Counted from the first letter of the stretch, positions 11,028 to 23,295 are shown. The stretch: 64,000 bases of DNA from Gammaproteobacteria bacterium (GCA_038141865.1 JAYQIX010000006.1:147314-211313), one strand, 5' to 3'. Notes: generated by a model from the letters alone, not told the origin. Program-made: numbers and translations.

Positions 11028-13451
11028 ATGTCTAACTTTAAGAAATTATTTTTTGCTCTTATTTTGACAATTAATTTGTCTGCCTTTGATGAGTTTTTAG
11101 TAAGCGATATAAGAATTATAGGATTGCAAAGAGTATCTACTGGAAGTATTTTTAATGTAATACCTATAAGTGTTGGAGATAAGATAGATGCGAGAAAATC
11201 AAGAGACATTGTGAAATCTCTTTTCTCTACAGAGCAATTCGACGATATTCAAATTGGCAAAGACGGAAATACATTGGTTATTACAGTAGCAGAGAGGCCA
11301 TCAATATCTGGCATAGATATTTCTGGAAATAAAGCATTGAAAACAGAGCAGCTAATGGAGAGTCTTGATGGTGTTGGTGTAAAAGAAGGTGAAGTATATA
11401 AAAGATCAACCCTTGAAAAAGTTAAATCAGAGCTTGTACGCTCATATTCATCAAATGGAAGGTATGGAGCCAGCGTAGATATTCAAGAGAGTTTGAAAGC
11501 TAGAAATACAATTGAAATTTCGATTGAAGTTGATGAAGGCGAAAGCGCTGCGATAAAAAAAATCAATATTATTGGAAACGAAGTTTTTTCAACAGAAGAT
11601 CTTTTAGAAGGGTTTGAATTATCTGAAGGGTCATTTTTTAGTTTTATCAGAAATGATAATCAATATTCTAAAGAGAAACTTCAAGGTGACATTGAAACCC
11701 TTGAATCATTCTATTTAGATAGGGGTTATTTAAAATTTTCAATTGAGTCGTCTCAAATTAGTTTGTCTAGAGATAAAAAATCAATTTTTATTGATTTTAA
11801 TGTTTTTGAAGGAGACCAATATACTATTTCTAAGGTAAATGTAATTGGAGATATACCTTTTGATGAAGAAGCATATTTGCCAATAACATCCTCGCAAGAG
11901 GGCGAAATATACTCTCAAGGTCAAATAACAGCGATCGAAGATTATTTTAAAAAAATCCTTGGTAATCAAGGTTATGCTTTTGCAGAAGTTAGCGGCGTTC
12001 CCGAAACGGATGATGATAATAAAACAGTAGACTTAACCTATAACATTATTCCAGGTAAGAGAACTTATACCAGAAAAATCCTATTTACTGGAAACGAGAT
12101 AACTCAAGATTATGTTCTTAGAAGAGAGATGCGACAATTTGAAGGGGCATGGACCTCTGATGACAATATTGAAGCAGGTAAAATTCGTCTAGAAAGACTT
12201 GGGTTTTTTAAAGAAGTTAGTGTGGAAACTATCCCAGGTCCATTAACTGATGATCAAATTGATGTTGTTTATTCTGTAGAGGAAGAAAGCACTGGTTCAA
12301 TTGGTGGTAATGTTGGATATAGTGATTTTGGTCTTCAGCTTGGATTTAACCTACAAGAACAAAATTTTATGGGTACAGGTAATACTTTGAGCCTTGGTAT
12401 TAACAAGAGTATTTATAGTGAGATGTACAATTTTGCTTTCATGGATCCTTATGCAACTGTTGATGGAGTTAGTGTTGGTTACAACCTATATTTTCGTGAA
12501 ACTGATTACGGTGAATATAATGTTGCTAATTACCTTACAAATTCAGCAGGGCTGGGTGTTCAATATGGGTACCCAATATCAGATACACAGAGACTTGGCT
12601 TCAATTTAACATACGATAAAACAGATATTAGTATAGGCACTCTTCCTGCTAGGGAGATTTATGACTTTGTTGCATCTGAGGGTAATGTATTTGAAACTGT
12701 TAGTGCTAATTTTGTATGGTCAAGAGTAACTCTTAATAGAGGGCTATTTCCAACTGATGGATCCTCAACAAGTTTTAGTCTTATGACTACACTTCCATTT
12801 AGTGACCTAAATTATTACAGAGCCAGCATTCAACAAAAAACGTATCAGCCCCTTGGATTTGGTAATTTAGTTTTTGGTTTCTCTGGAGAGCTTGGTTATA
12901 TGGATGCATATGGCGACTCTGAAGAAACACCATTCTTTCAAAATTTTTATGCAGGGGGCCCAAGATCTTTGAGGGGTTTTGAATCAAACACATTGGGGCC
13001 TAGGAGCACACAAGCACCATGCTACGAATTTAATTATGCTGAAGGAACGTGTCCGAATTTAATTGATACGGATGGAGACGGCGAAGCAGATGCTCCATAT
13101 GAAAATCCATATGCAAACACTACATCTCGTTATTATGATGCTCCAATAGGCGGTAATGTAAAGGTGGAGGGTAGCCTTCAGCTAATTTTTAGATTGCCAT
13201 TCATTGAAGATCAAAGATCTATGAGATCAGCTTTCTTCTTTGATTTCGGTAATGTTTTTTCTGATAATTGTAAAGAATATCAATACAACTGCTACAAACC
13301 AGATCTTGGAGAGTTAAGATATTCATATGGTGTTGGTGTGACTTGGATCACTGGCTTCGGTCCTATGAGTTTTGCTATTTCAAAACCAACTAATGCAGGT
13401 CCACAAGAAAGAACTGAAGAATTCCAATTTACTGTAGGAAATGTTTTTTAA
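11028..13451 (+). CDS. bamA: Outer membrane protein assembly factor BamA
   Basis: 807 aa with a signal peptide, POTRA-like repeats and a C-terminal beta-barrel ending in F. Sits in the rseP-bamA-skp arrangement. Confidence 0.95.
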   Translation: MSNFKKLFFALILTINLSAFDEFLVSDIRIIGLQRVSTGSIFNVIPISVGDKIDARKSRDIVKSLFSTEQFDDIQIGKDGNTLVITVAERPSISGIDISGNKALKTEQLMESLDGVGVKEGEVYKRSTLEKVKSELVRSYSSNGRYGASVDIQESLKARNTIEISIEVDEGESAAIKKINIIGNEVFSTEDLLEGFELSEGSFFSFIRNDNQYSKEKLQGDIETLESFYLDRGYLKFSIESSQISLSRDKKSIFIDFNVFEGDQYTISKVNVIGDIPFDEEAYLPITSSQEGEIYSQGQITAIEDYFKKILGNQGYAFAEVSGVPETDDDNKTVDLTYNIIPGKRTYTRKILFTGNEITQDYVLRREMRQFEGAWTSDDNIEAGKIRLERLGFFKEVSVETIPGPLTDDQIDVVYSVEEESTGSIGGNVGYSDFGLQLGFNLQEQNFMGTGNTLSLGINKSIYSEMYNFAFMDPYATVDGVSVGYNLYFRETDYGEYNVANYLTNSAGLGVQYGYPISDTQRLGFNLTYDKTDISIGTLPAREIYDFVASEGNVFETVSANFVWSRVTLNRGLFPTDGSSTSFSLMTTLPFSDLNYYRASIQQKTYQPLGFGNLVFGFSGELGYMDAYGDSEETPFFQNFYAGGPRSLRGFESNTLGPRSTQAPCYEFNYAEGTCPNLIDTDGDGEADAPYENPYANTTSRYYDAPIGGNVKVEGSLQLIFRLPFIEDQRSMRSAFFFDFGNVFSDNCKEYQYNCYKPDLGELRYSYGVGVTWITGFGPMSFAISKPTNAGPQERTEEFQFTVGNVF

Positions 13452-13507
13452 TTGAGTATTTTTCAACAGATTTAATATAAAATATAAGATTCCAACGAGG
13501 GGTAAAC

Positions 13508-14047
13508 ATGAACAATAAACTTAAAATTAACTTAATCGCTTTAACAGCTTTGATGTTATCTTTTCCTGTCTTTTCAGCTGATGGAGTAGCCGTTATTGAT
13601 ATGCGAACTGCGGTTCTATCAACTCAAGCTGCTCAAGATGCATTTAAAGCCCTTGAAGAAGATGCTGATTATGCTGCAAACTTAGAAGAAGCTAGATCAA
13701 TCCAGGCTGAAAGACAGTCATTAGCAGAGAATTTACAGAAAGACGCAGAGACTTTATCTCAGGCTGAAATTGCAGAAATTCAAAGAGACATTCAAGAAAA
13801 AGGCAAAGATCTAGAATTTTTAGCTGGAAAAATACAAGCCGCACAGGAAGAAACTGCGCAAAGAGTTTTTGCTGAGAATGGCCCAGCTATGCAAAAAATA
13901 ATTGGTGAACTTATAGCTGCAAAACAAATCTCAGTTTTATTGGCAAAGAATGAAGCTCTTCTTTTTAGTGACCCGGCGATAGATTTAACTGATGATGTTA
14001 CTTCTATGCTTGATGTTCAAGCTACTGAGACTGCTACAACTGAGTAG
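13508..14047 (+). CDS. skp: Periplasmic chaperone Skp (OmpH)
   Basis: Signal peptide followed by a long, charged, coiled-coil-like sequence. Located between bamA and lpxD. Confidence 0.88.
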   Translation: MNNKLKINLIALTALMLSFPVFSADGVAVIDMRTAVLSTQAAQDAFKALEEDADYAANLEEARSIQAERQSLAENLQKDAETLSQAEIAEIQRDIQEKGKDLEFLAGKIQAAQEETAQRVFAENGPAMQKIIGELIAAKQISVLLAKNEALLFSDPAIDLTDDVTSMLDVQATETATTE

Positions 14048-14985
14048 TGACTGCTCACGAAGGTTTTACTTTATTAGAGTTATCAAAACTCATAAATGCT
14101 AAATTAATCGGCGATGGCGAAGCTATCGTCGATAACCTTTCAACTATACAGAATTCTAATAAAACCTCTTTAACCTTTTTATCAAATAAAAAATATTCTA
14201 AATTCATAAAAACCTCTGAAGCTAAAGCATTTATTGTTCATCAAGACTTCGTTAATGAGGATGACAAAAAAAATTTTTTAGTTTCTGAAGATCCATATCT
14301 TTCATATGCTATGGCTTCTAAACTTTTTAGACCTTTTTACATTGATCTATATAGCAGTGGAATTCATTCAACAGCAATTGTGTCTTCAGATGCAAAGATT
14401 GGTAACAACGTATCCATAGGTGCAAATGTTTATATTGGACCTAATTGTGTCATTGGAGACAATTCATGCATACAACCAAATGTATCTCTGGTATGCAATG
14501 TTAAGCTTGGGTCAAATTGCAATATATTCCCTGGCACTGTTTTAGGGTCTGATGGGTTTGGTTATGCCCCAACTAAAAATGGTTATGTAAAAATAGAGCA
14601 ACTTGGTAGTCTTGTGATTGGAGATAATGTTGAGATTGGTGCAGGCTGCACAATTGATAGAGGTGCGCTTGATGACACTATTATCCATGATGGAGTTAAA
14701 TTAGATAATCAGATTCATATTGCTCACAATGTTGATCTAGGTAAAAACTCAGCTATAGCAGCATGTTGTGCTATTGCTGGCTCAACTGTAATTGGAGAAA
14801 ATTTTAGAATGGGAGGATTGTCAGGTGTGCTGGGTCATCTAAGTATTGCTGATAATGTTTCTGTAGGAGCACATACACTTATAACAAAAAATATTTCTGA
14901 GGGTGGAGAATATATAGGTATAATGCCGGCACAAAATCCAAAAGATTGGGCAAAATCATCAATTTTTATTAAAAAAAGGAAATAA
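14047..14985 (+). CDS. lpxD: UDP-3-O-acylglucosamine N-acyltransferase LpxD
   Basis: Hexapeptide-repeat (left-handed beta-helix) protein. The GTG start overlaps the skp stop by 1 nt. Synteny lpxD-fabZ-lpxA. Confidence 0.92.
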   Translation: MTAHEGFTLLELSKLINAKLIGDGEAIVDNLSTIQNSNKTSLTFLSNKKYSKFIKTSEAKAFIVHQDFVNEDDKKNFLVSEDPYLSYAMASKLFRPFYIDLYSSGIHSTAIVSSDAKIGNNVSIGANVYIGPNCVIGDNSCIQPNVSLVCNVKLGSNCNIFPGTVLGSDGFGYAPTKNGYVKIEQLGSLVIGDNVEIGAGCTIDRGALDDTIIHDGVKLDNQIHIAHNVDLGKNSAIAACCAIAGSTVIGENFRMGGLSGVLGHLSIADNVSVGAHTLITKNISEGGEYIGIMPAQNPKDWAKSSIFIKKRK

Positions 14986-14989
14986 ACTC

Positions 14990-15430
14990 ATGTCATCCGC
15001 CACTGCAGAAGTTTTAAAATATCTTCCACATAGAGAGCCGTTTTTGTTTATTGATGAGGTCATAGACATTGATCTTGGAAATTCTATACATGCCATAAAA
15101 AAAGTTCTTCCGGAGGAAGATTACTTAAGAGGACATTTCCCAGGAAATCCAATCATGCCAGGAGTAATAATCATAGAGGCGCTAGCTCAAGCCTCAGGCA
15201 TATTAGGTTTTAAGACAATGGATAAAACCCCTCAAGAAGGTTCATTGTATGTTTTTGCAGGCGTTGATAATGTTAGATTCAGGAAAAGAGTTAGGCCTGG
15301 AGATACATTGCATCTCTTTAGCAAAGTCGTTAATGTAAAGAGGGGTATATGGAAATTTGATGTTAGAGCAGAAGTTAATGATGAATTGGCTTGCTCCGCA
15401 ATAATAATGTGTGCGGACACACCAGCATAA
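14990..15430 (+). CDS. fabZ: 3-hydroxyacyl-ACP dehydratase FabZ
   Basis: LPHREPFLFID and GHFPGNPIMPGV motifs. Confidence 0.96.
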   Translation: MSSATAEVLKYLPHREPFLFIDEVIDIDLGNSIHAIKKVLPEEDYLRGHFPGNPIMPGVIIIEALAQASGILGFKTMDKTPQEGSLYVFAGVDNVRFRKRVRPGDTLHLFSKVVNVKRGIWKFDVRAEVNDELACSAIIMCADTPA

Positions 15431-16207
15431 TGACAATACATGAGACAGCAGTAATACATCCTAGCGCACAGATAGATGAGACTTCCTCAGTTGGGCCATT
15501 TTGTATTATTGGAGAGGATGTAGTAATTGGACCGAATTGTATACTTCATTCACATGTTGTTATTAAAGGCCCTACCTCTATTGGCCCTGAAAATATTTTT
15601 TTTCAATTTTCAAGCATTGGGGAAGATACTCCTGATAAAAAATTTAAAGGAGAAAAGACCCAACTAATTATAGGTGCCAATAATACTTTTAGAGAAGGCG
15701 TAACTGTTCATAGAGGTACCATTCAAGATAAAGGCATAACAAGCATTGGAGACAGTAATTTAATAATGGCCTATGCACACATAGCACATGATTGTGTAAT
15801 AGGTGATCATAATGTATTTGCAAATAATGCTGCTCTTGCTGGTCATGTAAAGGTGGGTAGTTTTGTAACTATCGGAGGCTATACTGCAATTCATCAATTT
15901 TGCAATATTGGTGATTATTCTTTTACCGGAATGAGCACTTCAGTAACAATGGACGTACCTGCTTTTGTAAAAGTTGCCTCTAATCCTGCAAGGGCAATAG
16001 GCCTTAATTCAGTAGGGTTATCAAGGAACGGTATCAATGATGATGTGGTATCTCTTAAAAAAAGCATATAAACTTATTTATCGTAAATCACTAAAGCTTG
16101 ATGAAGCTCTTATTAAACTAGAAGAACTTCAACAAAAACATTCAAACGAGCACTTGTCGATATTAATAGAGTCTATAAAGATATCTTCAAGAGGCATCAC
16201 TAGGTAA
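15430..16207 (+). CDS. lpxA: UDP-N-acetylglucosamine O-acyltransferase LpxA, interrupted as assembled by a 1-nt frameshift in an A7 run (16057-16063)
   Basis: The ATG at 15430 overlaps the fabZ TAA (taATG). Frame 0 stops at 16071. The +1 frame continues AYKLIYRKSLKLDEA...SSRGITR, matching the conserved LpxA C-terminus (NAYKLIYRSGKTLDE...STRGLIR in E. coli). It stops at 16205-16207, immediately before the lpxB GTG. Confidence 0.92.
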
Positions 16208-17319
16208 GTGACCTTAGCTAAAGATACATTAAAGATTGGTATAGTTGCTGGAGAGCATTCTGGGGATATTTTAGGATCCCAGCTTATCGAAGAATTATCT
16301 AAATCAAGACAAATTAAGCTATTTGGAGTCGGTGGACCTAAAATAGAGTCTCTTGGTTTAGAATCAATGTTTGATTTTAAACATTTGCAAATAATGGGTC
16401 TCATAGAGCCTTTATTGAACTATAAGCAATTAACATCGAATAGAAAAAAGCTCATTAAAACTTTCACAGAAAATAATATAGATATATTTATAGGAATTGA
16501 TTCACCCGACTTTAATATAGGAATTCATAAAGCACTTAAAAAGCAAAATGTTTGCAAGAATATCCAATTAGTTAGTCCCTCTGTATGGGGTTGGAGACAG
16601 GGAAGGATTAAAAATATAAAGAAATTTATCGATCATACTATTTGTTTGTTTGACTTTGAGCATAAGTTTTATACTAGTAAGAAACATAGTAGCTCTCATC
16701 TTGGTCACCCCCTTGCTGATATTCACTCTAAAGATGATGAGCAAATAATAGGAGAATATTCTCTTGATCCTAGGATGAACTTCATTGCTATTCTTCCTGG
16801 AAGTAGAGAATCAGAAATAAATCATATGATGCCGACATATATTGATTTTATGAAGCTACAAATAAAGTCAGATTTAAATACATTTTTTTTGATACCTGTA
16901 GCTGATGACGCAGCAAAACTTAATATCGAAAATCATTTATCAAAGGTAAATTTACCATTTTTAATTAAAAAGGATGCTACAAAAGATTTTTTGTCACTAT
17001 CGAAAAAATCAGTTATCACTTCAGGTACTGCGTCGCTTGAGGCAGCATTATTAAATGCAGGACCAGTAATATGCTACAAAACAAATCCAATAAACTTCAG
17101 CATAATCTCTAGTATGCTTAAAGTTGAATTTATTGGTCTTCCCAATCTCTTGCTAAAAAAGAAGCATATCCAGAACTACTCCAGGCTAAATGTACTGGTA
17201 ATTTAATTTTTGATGTTATGCATTCTCATCACTTTGAAGACTTGTCTTATGATCTTAAATTAGCTTTAAAAGGTGATGGTTTTGCAGAAACTGCGTCAAA
17301 GATTCTTAATCTAAATTGA
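16208..17319 (+). CDS. lpxB: Lipid-A-disaccharide synthase LpxB, interrupted as assembled by a 1-nt frameshift in an A6 run (17155-17160)
   Basis: Frame 0 reads ...IGLPNLLLKKK and then a non-homologous tail to 17206. The -1 frame continues KKEAYPELLQAKCTG..., comparable to SLPNLLAGRELVKELLQ in E. coli. It stops at 17317-17319, overlapping the rnhB TTG. Confidence 0.9.
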
Positions 17320-17864
17320 AGAGTTTAATTGCTGGGGTCGACGAAGTCGGAAGAGGTTGCTTGGCTGGACCAGTAATAGCAGCAGCAGTTATTTTAAAAA
17401 AAAATATTACAGGTTTAGATGACTCAAAGAAACTCTCCAAAATTAAAAGAGATAATTTAAATAAGCTAATTTTACAAAACTCATATTTTGCATATGGTAT
17501 TGTCTCGCCTACAGAAATTGATGAAGTAAATATTCATAATGCGTCTTTATTAGCAATGAAAAGAGCTATACTAAATCTTAGTATTAAGCCGAGCAAAGTT
17601 TTAGTTGATGGTCTTTATTTACCAGATATAAAATTTGATAAAAAGGCAATAATTGGGGGAGATTCCCTAGTTGAAGAAATCAGTGCCGCGTCAATAATCG
17701 CAAAGGTATATAGAGATAATTTAATGTTGAATTTAGATAAAAAGTATCCCCATTATGGCTTAGCAAAACACAAAGGCTATCCAACAAAACTGCATAAAGA
17801 AATGCTAGCCAAGCATGGTGCTACAAAGATTCACAGAATGTCATTTAAAGGAGTGAAACAATAG
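17316..17864 (+). CDS. rnhB: Ribonuclease HII
   Basis: AGVDEVGRGCLAGPV and DSKKLS motifs. C-terminal HRMSFKGV matches HRRSFGPV in E. coli. Confidence 0.95.
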   Translation: MKSLIAGVDEVGRGCLAGPVIAAAVILKKNITGLDDSKKLSKIKRDNLNKLILQNSYFAYGIVSPTEIDEVNIHNASLLAMKRAILNLSIKPSKVLVDGLYLPDIKFDKKAIIGGDSLVEEISAASIIAKVYRDNLMLNLDKKYPHYGLAKHKGYPTKLHKEMLAKHGATKIHRMSFKGVKQ

Positions 17865-20800
17865 ATGAATTTGCCTTTCTCTCATCTTAGAGTTTCATCT
17901 GAGTTTAGTATTACCCATGGATTGCTGACCATTGATCAAATTGTAGACAAAGCAAAAGAATACTCCACACCATCAGTTGCCTTAACAGATAATTTAAATA
18001 TGTTTGGCTTGGTTAAGTTCTTTAATAAATGTGAGGCTGCTGGCATAAAACCAATTTCAGGTGCATCAATAAAAGTTATATTTGATGGAGATGACATACC
18101 ATATGAACTTTTATGTCTTGCTAAAAGCAATATGGGCCACAGAAGTCTGATGAAGATTATTTCCAAGGCGCATAATAACTATAATTTTTCTTCGCCTATT
18201 ATTTCATTTAAAGATCTATGCGAGCTTAAAGATGATTTAATTGTTATATCAGGTGGGAGGTCTAGTCATATTTTTGAACTTGTCAGGAATGAAAGAGTTC
18301 AAGATTTAGATTTTAAAGTTGAAAGTTTTTTGAAGAATTTTGGTGACGATTTTGTCCTAGAAATACAAAACACCAAGAGATCAAGTGAAATAGACTATAT
18401 AAGAAGAATTTTACCTATAGCAGCGTCAAGGAGCATTCCAGTGATAGCTACCAATGACGTAATGTTCGCTCATAGGGATGACTATGATATTCATGAAACA
18501 AAGGTATGTATTAATACAGGTAGAACGCTCGATGATCCCAATAGAGAGAAAATATTTTCCTCAGAGCAATATTTTAAATCTTCTGATGAAATGTATGAGT
18601 TATTTGGAGAATTCGAAGAAGTTTTGTCCAATACAAATGAAATTGCAAAAAGATGTAATGTTTCCATAGATACCAAAGAATATTTTCTACCAGAGTATCC
18701 AGTTCCTAATGAGCATAACTTTGATTCATTTTTAAAAGAACTTGCAACAAAGAACCTAAGACAATTTATAAATGATTTTGATGAATCTGTTCAAAATGAA
18801 TATTTAAAAAGATTAGATTATGAGCTTGATCAAATAAAGACAATGGGGTTTTCAAGTTACTTTTTAATTGTTTATGACTTTATTGAATGGTCAAAAAATA
18901 ATGAAGTTCCTGTTGGTCCTGGAAGGGGGTCAGGCGCTGGTTCTTTGGTAGCTTTTGCTATAGGCATCACTGCACTGGATCCAATTGAGCATGGACTTTT
19001 GTTTGAAAGATTTTTAAATCCAGAAAGACTCTCTATGCCTGATTTTGATATTGACTTTTGTATGGAGAAAAGGGACAAGGTTATTGATTATGTTAGTAAT
19101 AAGTATGGTTCTGGAGCCGTCTCACAAATTGCAACATTTGGAACTATGGCAGCAAGGGCAGTTGTTAGAGATGTTGCTAGAGCTCTTGGAAGACCATACG
19201 CTTTAGGCGACAGAATTTCAAAAATGATCCCCTTTGCTCCTGGCATGACATTAGATAAAGCTAGAAAAGAACAACCTATATTTGAACAAACAATAAAGAA
19301 TGATTCTGAGGTTAGAGAGGTAGTTGATTTATCTTATAAGCTTGAGGGAATTGCAAGGAATGTAGGAAAGCATGCTGGAGGGGTTGTAATCGCGCCTGGA
19401 AGTATCTCTGATTTCTGCCCAGTCTACAATGATCGCCAATCTCAATCAGTTATGACCCAATTTGATAAAGATGATGTTGAAAAAATAGGTTTAGTTAAGT
19501 TTGATTTCTTAGGCCTTAGAACACTAACAGTAATTGACAGAGCTATAAAATCAATCAACTCTTCTAATTCTGAAAAAGAAATTGATCTTAATAAGATTCC
19601 TCTAAATGACTCTAAAGTTTTTGAATTATTAAGCTCAGGTAAGACTATGGCAGTTTTCCAGCTAGAGTCATCGGGAATGAGAGATCTTATAAAAAGACTA
19701 CAGCCAACTAAGTTTGAAGAAATAGTAGCTTTGCTAGCTCTGTATAGGCCTGGGCCGCTTGATTCAGGCATGCATGATCAGTTTGTAGATAGAAAACATG
19801 GAAAGACTCCCGTTACTTATCCCCACGAGCTTTTGGAGCCTGTACTTTCAGAAACCTATGGAGTGATTTTATATCAAGAGCAAGTTATGGAAGCCGCTAG
19901 AGTCTTGGCTAATTTTTCTTTAGGCGAGGCAGATATCTTAAGAAGAGCCATGGGTAAAAAGAAAGTTGAGGAAATGGAACAGCAAAGAAAGTACTTTAAA
20001 GAAGGTTGTGAAAAAAATAACATCAAACCTGCTATAGCTGAGAGGATTTTTGATCTAATTGAAAAATTTGCAGGATATGGATTTAATAAATCTCACTCTG
20101 CTGCATATGCTCTAATTTCATATCAAACAGCTTATTTAAAAACATACTACCCGGAACATTTCATGGCTGCAGTACTTTCTACAGAGTTAGGCAACACAGA
20201 TAAAATCTATGCCCTAACCCAAGAATGCAAAAGAATGAATATTGATGTTTTAAATCCAAATATTTTATCAAGTAGTAAGCGATTTATTGTGAATAAAAGC
20301 AATCAAATAGAGTATGGACTTGGAGCAATCAAGGGGGTTGCAGACTCTTTTATAAAGCATGTGTGTAAAATTAGAGAATCTAATAAATTCAAAGATTTAT
20401 GGGATTTTTCAAAAAAAGTTGACATCAAACTTGGTGGAAAAAAGTCCCTTGAAGCCCTTGCTCAATCAGGAGCTTTTGACAAGATCGCCCCATCAAGAAC
20501 AATAGCCATAGCAAGTGTTGTAGACATGTTGAGAGATGGTTCAAATAAATTAAAAAGCAATGAGCAGAAATCAGGTGATTTATTTGCAAACATTGAACAA
20601 GATTTTGATCCATATGCAAAATATAAAGATATTAAAGAACTATCCCTTAGCGAACAGCTGTCACTTGAGAAAAAATCCTTAGGTTATTACCTATCGGGCC
20701 ATCCAGTAAATGCAATAAAAAAACAAATAGATGTATTAAGATCATCCTTAATAGGAAACTTAAATATAGATAGCAAAAAAGGATCTATAGTTGGCTTAAT

Positions 20801-21311
20801 TAACTCTGTGAGGCAGATAAGGGACAGATCTGGAAAGCCATTAACTTTTATAAATTTTGATGATGGTACTGGCACGATGGATGGTGTAATTGCTAGTGAT
20901 GTCTTGGAAAACTGCCATAAGATTCTTAAAGAAGGAGCCATATTAGTTCTTAAAGGTGTTATAGAAATAGATGATTATCGCTCTAAGGAAATGGGGATTT
21001 CATCTTTCAGAATGAGGGTAAAAGATATTAAATTGGTTGACGAAGAACTTAGTAAAAAGTTAAAAACAATAGAGATAGACCTATCTTCATCCAAAATAAG
21101 AAGTCTAGATGAACTTTCCGAAATTATTTCAAGTATTGATGATGATTTTTGGATTAATGCACTTGGATGTAAAATTAATATTAAAGTTATAACTAATGAA
21201 TCAGAAGCTATAATAGAACTAGGTAACAAATATAACTTTGTTCCAGATTTAGATAAGTTATCTAAATTAATAGATATTTTTGGTATTGATTCCTTAAATT
21301 TTAAAAAATAG
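17865..21311 (+). CDS. dnaE: DNA polymerase III alpha subunit
   Basis: 1148 aa. N-terminal PHP domain ([11 protein letters not shown]), polymerase core (PDFDIDF) and a C-terminal OB-fold region. Confidence 0.97.
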   Translation: MNLPFSHLRVSSEFSITHGLLTIDQIVDKAKEYSTPSVALTDNLNMFGLVKFFNKCEAAGIKPISGASIKVIFDGDDIPYELLCLAKSNMGHRSLMKIISKAHNNYNFSSPIISFKDLCELKDDLIVISGGRSSHIFELVRNERVQDLDFKVESFLKNFGDDFVLEIQNTKRSSEIDYIRRILPIAASRSIPVIATNDVMFAHRDDYDIHETKVCINTGRTLDDPNREKIFSSEQYFKSSDEMYELFGEFEEVLSNTNEIAKRCNVSIDTKEYFLPEYPVPNEHNFDSFLKELATKNLRQFINDFDESVQNEYLKRLDYELDQIKTMGFSSYFLIVYDFIEWSKNNEVPVGPGRGSGAGSLVAFAIGITALDPIEHGLLFERFLNPERLSMPDFDIDFCMEKRDKVIDYVSNKYGSGAVSQIATFGTMAARAVVRDVARALGRPYALGDRISKMIPFAPGMTLDKARKEQPIFEQTIKNDSEVREVVDLSYKLEGIARNVGKHAGGVVIAPGSISDFCPVYNDRQSQSVMTQFDKDDVEKIGLVKFDFLGLRTLTVIDRAIKSINSSNSEKEIDLNKIPLNDSKVFELLSSGKTMAVFQLESSGMRDLIKRLQPTKFEEIVALLALYRPGPLDSGMHDQFVDRKHGKTPVTYPHELLEPVLSETYGVILYQEQVMEAARVLANFSLGEADILRRAMGKKKVEEMEQQRKYFKEGCEKNNIKPAIAERIFDLIEKFAGYGFNKSHSAAYALISYQTAYLKTYYPEHFMAAVLSTELGNTDKIYALTQECKRMNIDVLNPNILSSSKRFIVNKSNQIEYGLGAIKGVADSFIKHVCKIRESNKFKDLWDFSKKVDIKLGGKKSLEALAQSGAFDKIAPSRTIAIASVVDMLRDGSNKLKSNEQKSGDLFANIEQDFDPYAKYKDIKELSLSEQLSLEKKSLGYYLSGHPVNAIKKQIDVLRSSLIGNLNIDSKKGSIVGLINSVRQIRDRSGKPLTFINFDDGTGTMDGVIASDVLENCHKILKEGAILVLKGVIEIDDYRSKEMGISSFRMRVKDIKLVDEELSKKLKTIEIDLSSSKIRSLDELSEIISSIDDDFWINALGCKINIKVITNESEAIIELGNKYNFVPDLDKLSKLIDIFGIDSLNFKK

Positions 21312-21313
21312 TT

Positions 21314-22312
21314 ATGAATGATCCTGATAAAAATAAGTTAACACCAAACACTCAAACCTTTGTTGAGAGCGATCAAAAATTTCTTGCTTTTGAAAAGTCA
21401 ATTCAAGAAGTTTCTGAAAAAATAAGTGCATTGAGATCTGCTGATCTTGGAGACCCAACAATAAAACTACAAACTGAATCTTTAGAGAAAGAAAGAGAAG
21501 ATCTTATAAAAAAAACTTATTCTAAGCTATCTATTTGGGAAACGGTGCAGGTTGCTAGACATCCTCAAAGACCTCATACATTAGATTTCATTAAGAGAAT
21601 TTTTACTGACTTTGATGAGCTGCATGGCGACAGGCAGTTTGCTGATGATCAGTCAATAGTGGGAGGAATGGCATATCTTGATGGCATTCCAGTAATGATA
21701 ATTGGACATGAAAAAGGTAGAGACACTGAAGAAAAGGTGAGAAGGAATTTTGGCATGCCTCAGCCTGAAGGTTATAGAAAAGCAAAAAGGCTAATGAACT
21801 TAGCTGAGCAATTTGCTTTACCAGTAATTACATTTATTGATACTGCAGGAGCTTACCCTGGAATTGAGGGTGAAGAGAGAGGACAAAGTGAGGCAATTGC
21901 ACAAAATCTAGCCATAATGTCTGAATTAAAAACACCAATCATGGTTGTAGTTACTGGAGAGGGTGGATCTGGAGGAGCTCTTGCTATAAGCGTTGGAGAT
22001 CATCTATCTATGTTGGAATATGCCACATATTCTGTTGCATCTCCAGAAGCATGTGCCTCTATTATTTGGAGATCATCTGATGAAGCCGAAAAAGCTGCAG
22101 AATCCATGAAAGTATCTGCCAAAGAGCTAAAAAAAATTAGTATAGTTGACGAAATTATTAGTGAGCCCCTTGGTGGAGCTCATAGAAATTATGATGAAGT
22201 TTCAGAGTCTATTAAAAATTCATTACTTAAAAATCTAAAGAGTCTTCAAAAATTATCTATTGATAAATTGATAGAAAGGAGATACCAGAGGCTGTTAAAG
22301 ATTGGTTCTTAG
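21314..22312 (+). CDS. accA: Acetyl-CoA carboxylase carboxyltransferase alpha subunit
   Basis: Conserved [21 protein letters not shown] and [10 protein letters not shown] motifs. Confidence 0.95.
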   Translation: MNDPDKNKLTPNTQTFVESDQKFLAFEKSIQEVSEKISALRSADLGDPTIKLQTESLEKEREDLIKKTYSKLSIWETVQVARHPQRPHTLDFIKRIFTDFDELHGDRQFADDQSIVGGMAYLDGIPVMIIGHEKGRDTEEKVRRNFGMPQPEGYRKAKRLMNLAEQFALPVITFIDTAGAYPGIEGEERGQSEAIAQNLAIMSELKTPIMVVVTGEGGSGGALAISVGDHLSMLEYATYSVASPEACASIIWRSSDEAEKAAESMKVSAKELKKISIVDEIISEPLGGAHRNYDEVSESIKNSLLKNLKSLQKLSIDKLIERRYQRLLKIGS

Positions 22313-22313
22313 G

Positions 22314-23273
22314 ATGAGAGATTATTCTTTTGTCTTAAATAACATTAATCCAACAGAAAAAATTTATATTGCATACAGCGGCGGCCTAGATTCATCTGTT
22401 CTTCTAGATATTTTTTATAAACTATCTATTAAAAACAGTTTATTGGTTGAGGCTATTCATGTGAATCACAACATTAATAAAGAAAGCGAGATTTGGGAAG
22501 ATCACTGTAAAGCAGTATGTAATTCAATAAATATTCCTATAAAGACTATATCTACAAAAATCGTTGCAGAGGGCGGAGGTATAGAATCAGCCGCAAGAAA
22601 TAAAAGATATGAGATTTTTACAAATATACTTCAAGATTCTGAGCAAATTTTGACGGCACATCATCAAGATGACACAGCTGAGACCATTCTTTTGAGGTTA
22701 TTTAGAGGCACAGGTATTGATGGTTTGACCGGACCAGCTGAAATAAGAGAATTAGGAAAGGGTCATTTAATTAGACCATTACTATCTTTAAGAAAAAAAC
22801 ATCTTAAATCTTATGCTAAAGAAAATGGCATTAGTTATATAGAAGATAAAACAAATTTTTCTGATGATCAGGATAGGAATTATATTAGAAATAAAATTCT
22901 GCCATTAGTTAATGAAAGATGGGTCGAGCCCTCATCAAGAATCAGCAAAGCTTCAAATCTAATTAAAAATAAGCTTGATATCTATAACGATTTATTTAAA
23001 TCAAATTATTCCGAATTTTTACTGGGTGAAATTGATCTTAAAAAATTAAAATCTCTAGAAAGGGAGGTTATTAAAGAAATATTAAGGTTCTCAATTAAGG
23101 AAAAAAATATAGCTATGCCAAGTCAGAAAGTAATGGAAGAGATATTAAAAACATTTATTGATTCTAATCCTGGCCCAAGGAGCATAGTTAGCTGGAAAAG
23201 GTCTGATGGGGAGCAGGTTGGTGGGTCAATTACATACTATAATAAAATTATTAGTATCCAAGAAAATGGATAA
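22314..23273 (+). CDS. tilS: tRNA(Ile)-lysidine synthase TilS (short form, ~319 aa)
   Basis: PP-loop SGGLDS near the N-terminus. Sits downstream of accA as in E. coli and Pseudomonas. The ATG lies 1 nt after the accA stop. Confidence 0.9.
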   Translation: MRDYSFVLNNINPTEKIYIAYSGGLDSSVLLDIFYKLSIKNSLLVEAIHVNHNINKESEIWEDHCKAVCNSINIPIKTISTKIVAEGGGIESAARNKRYEIFTNILQDSEQILTAHHQDDTAETILLRLFRGTGIDGLTGPAEIRELGKGHLIRPLLSLRKKHLKSYAKENGISYIEDKTNFSDDQDRNYIRNKILPLVNERWVEPSSRISKASNLIKNKLDIYNDLFKSNYSEFLLGEIDLKKLKSLEREVIKEILRFSIKEKNIAMPSQKVMEEILKTFIDSNPGPRSIVSWKRSDGEQVGGSITYYNKIISIQENG

Positions 23274-23295
23274 TCAAAAAAAAGGGGTATTAGTG

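Noticed and set aside
14968-14989. A7 run (14971-14977) near the lpxD stop, considered as another frameshift because LpxD is ~30 aa shorter than in E. coli.
   Set aside because: One alternative frame would fuse LpxD in frame to FabZ. The other adds 12 non-homologous residues. Neither restores recognisable LpxD sequence, so the gene is taken as intact.
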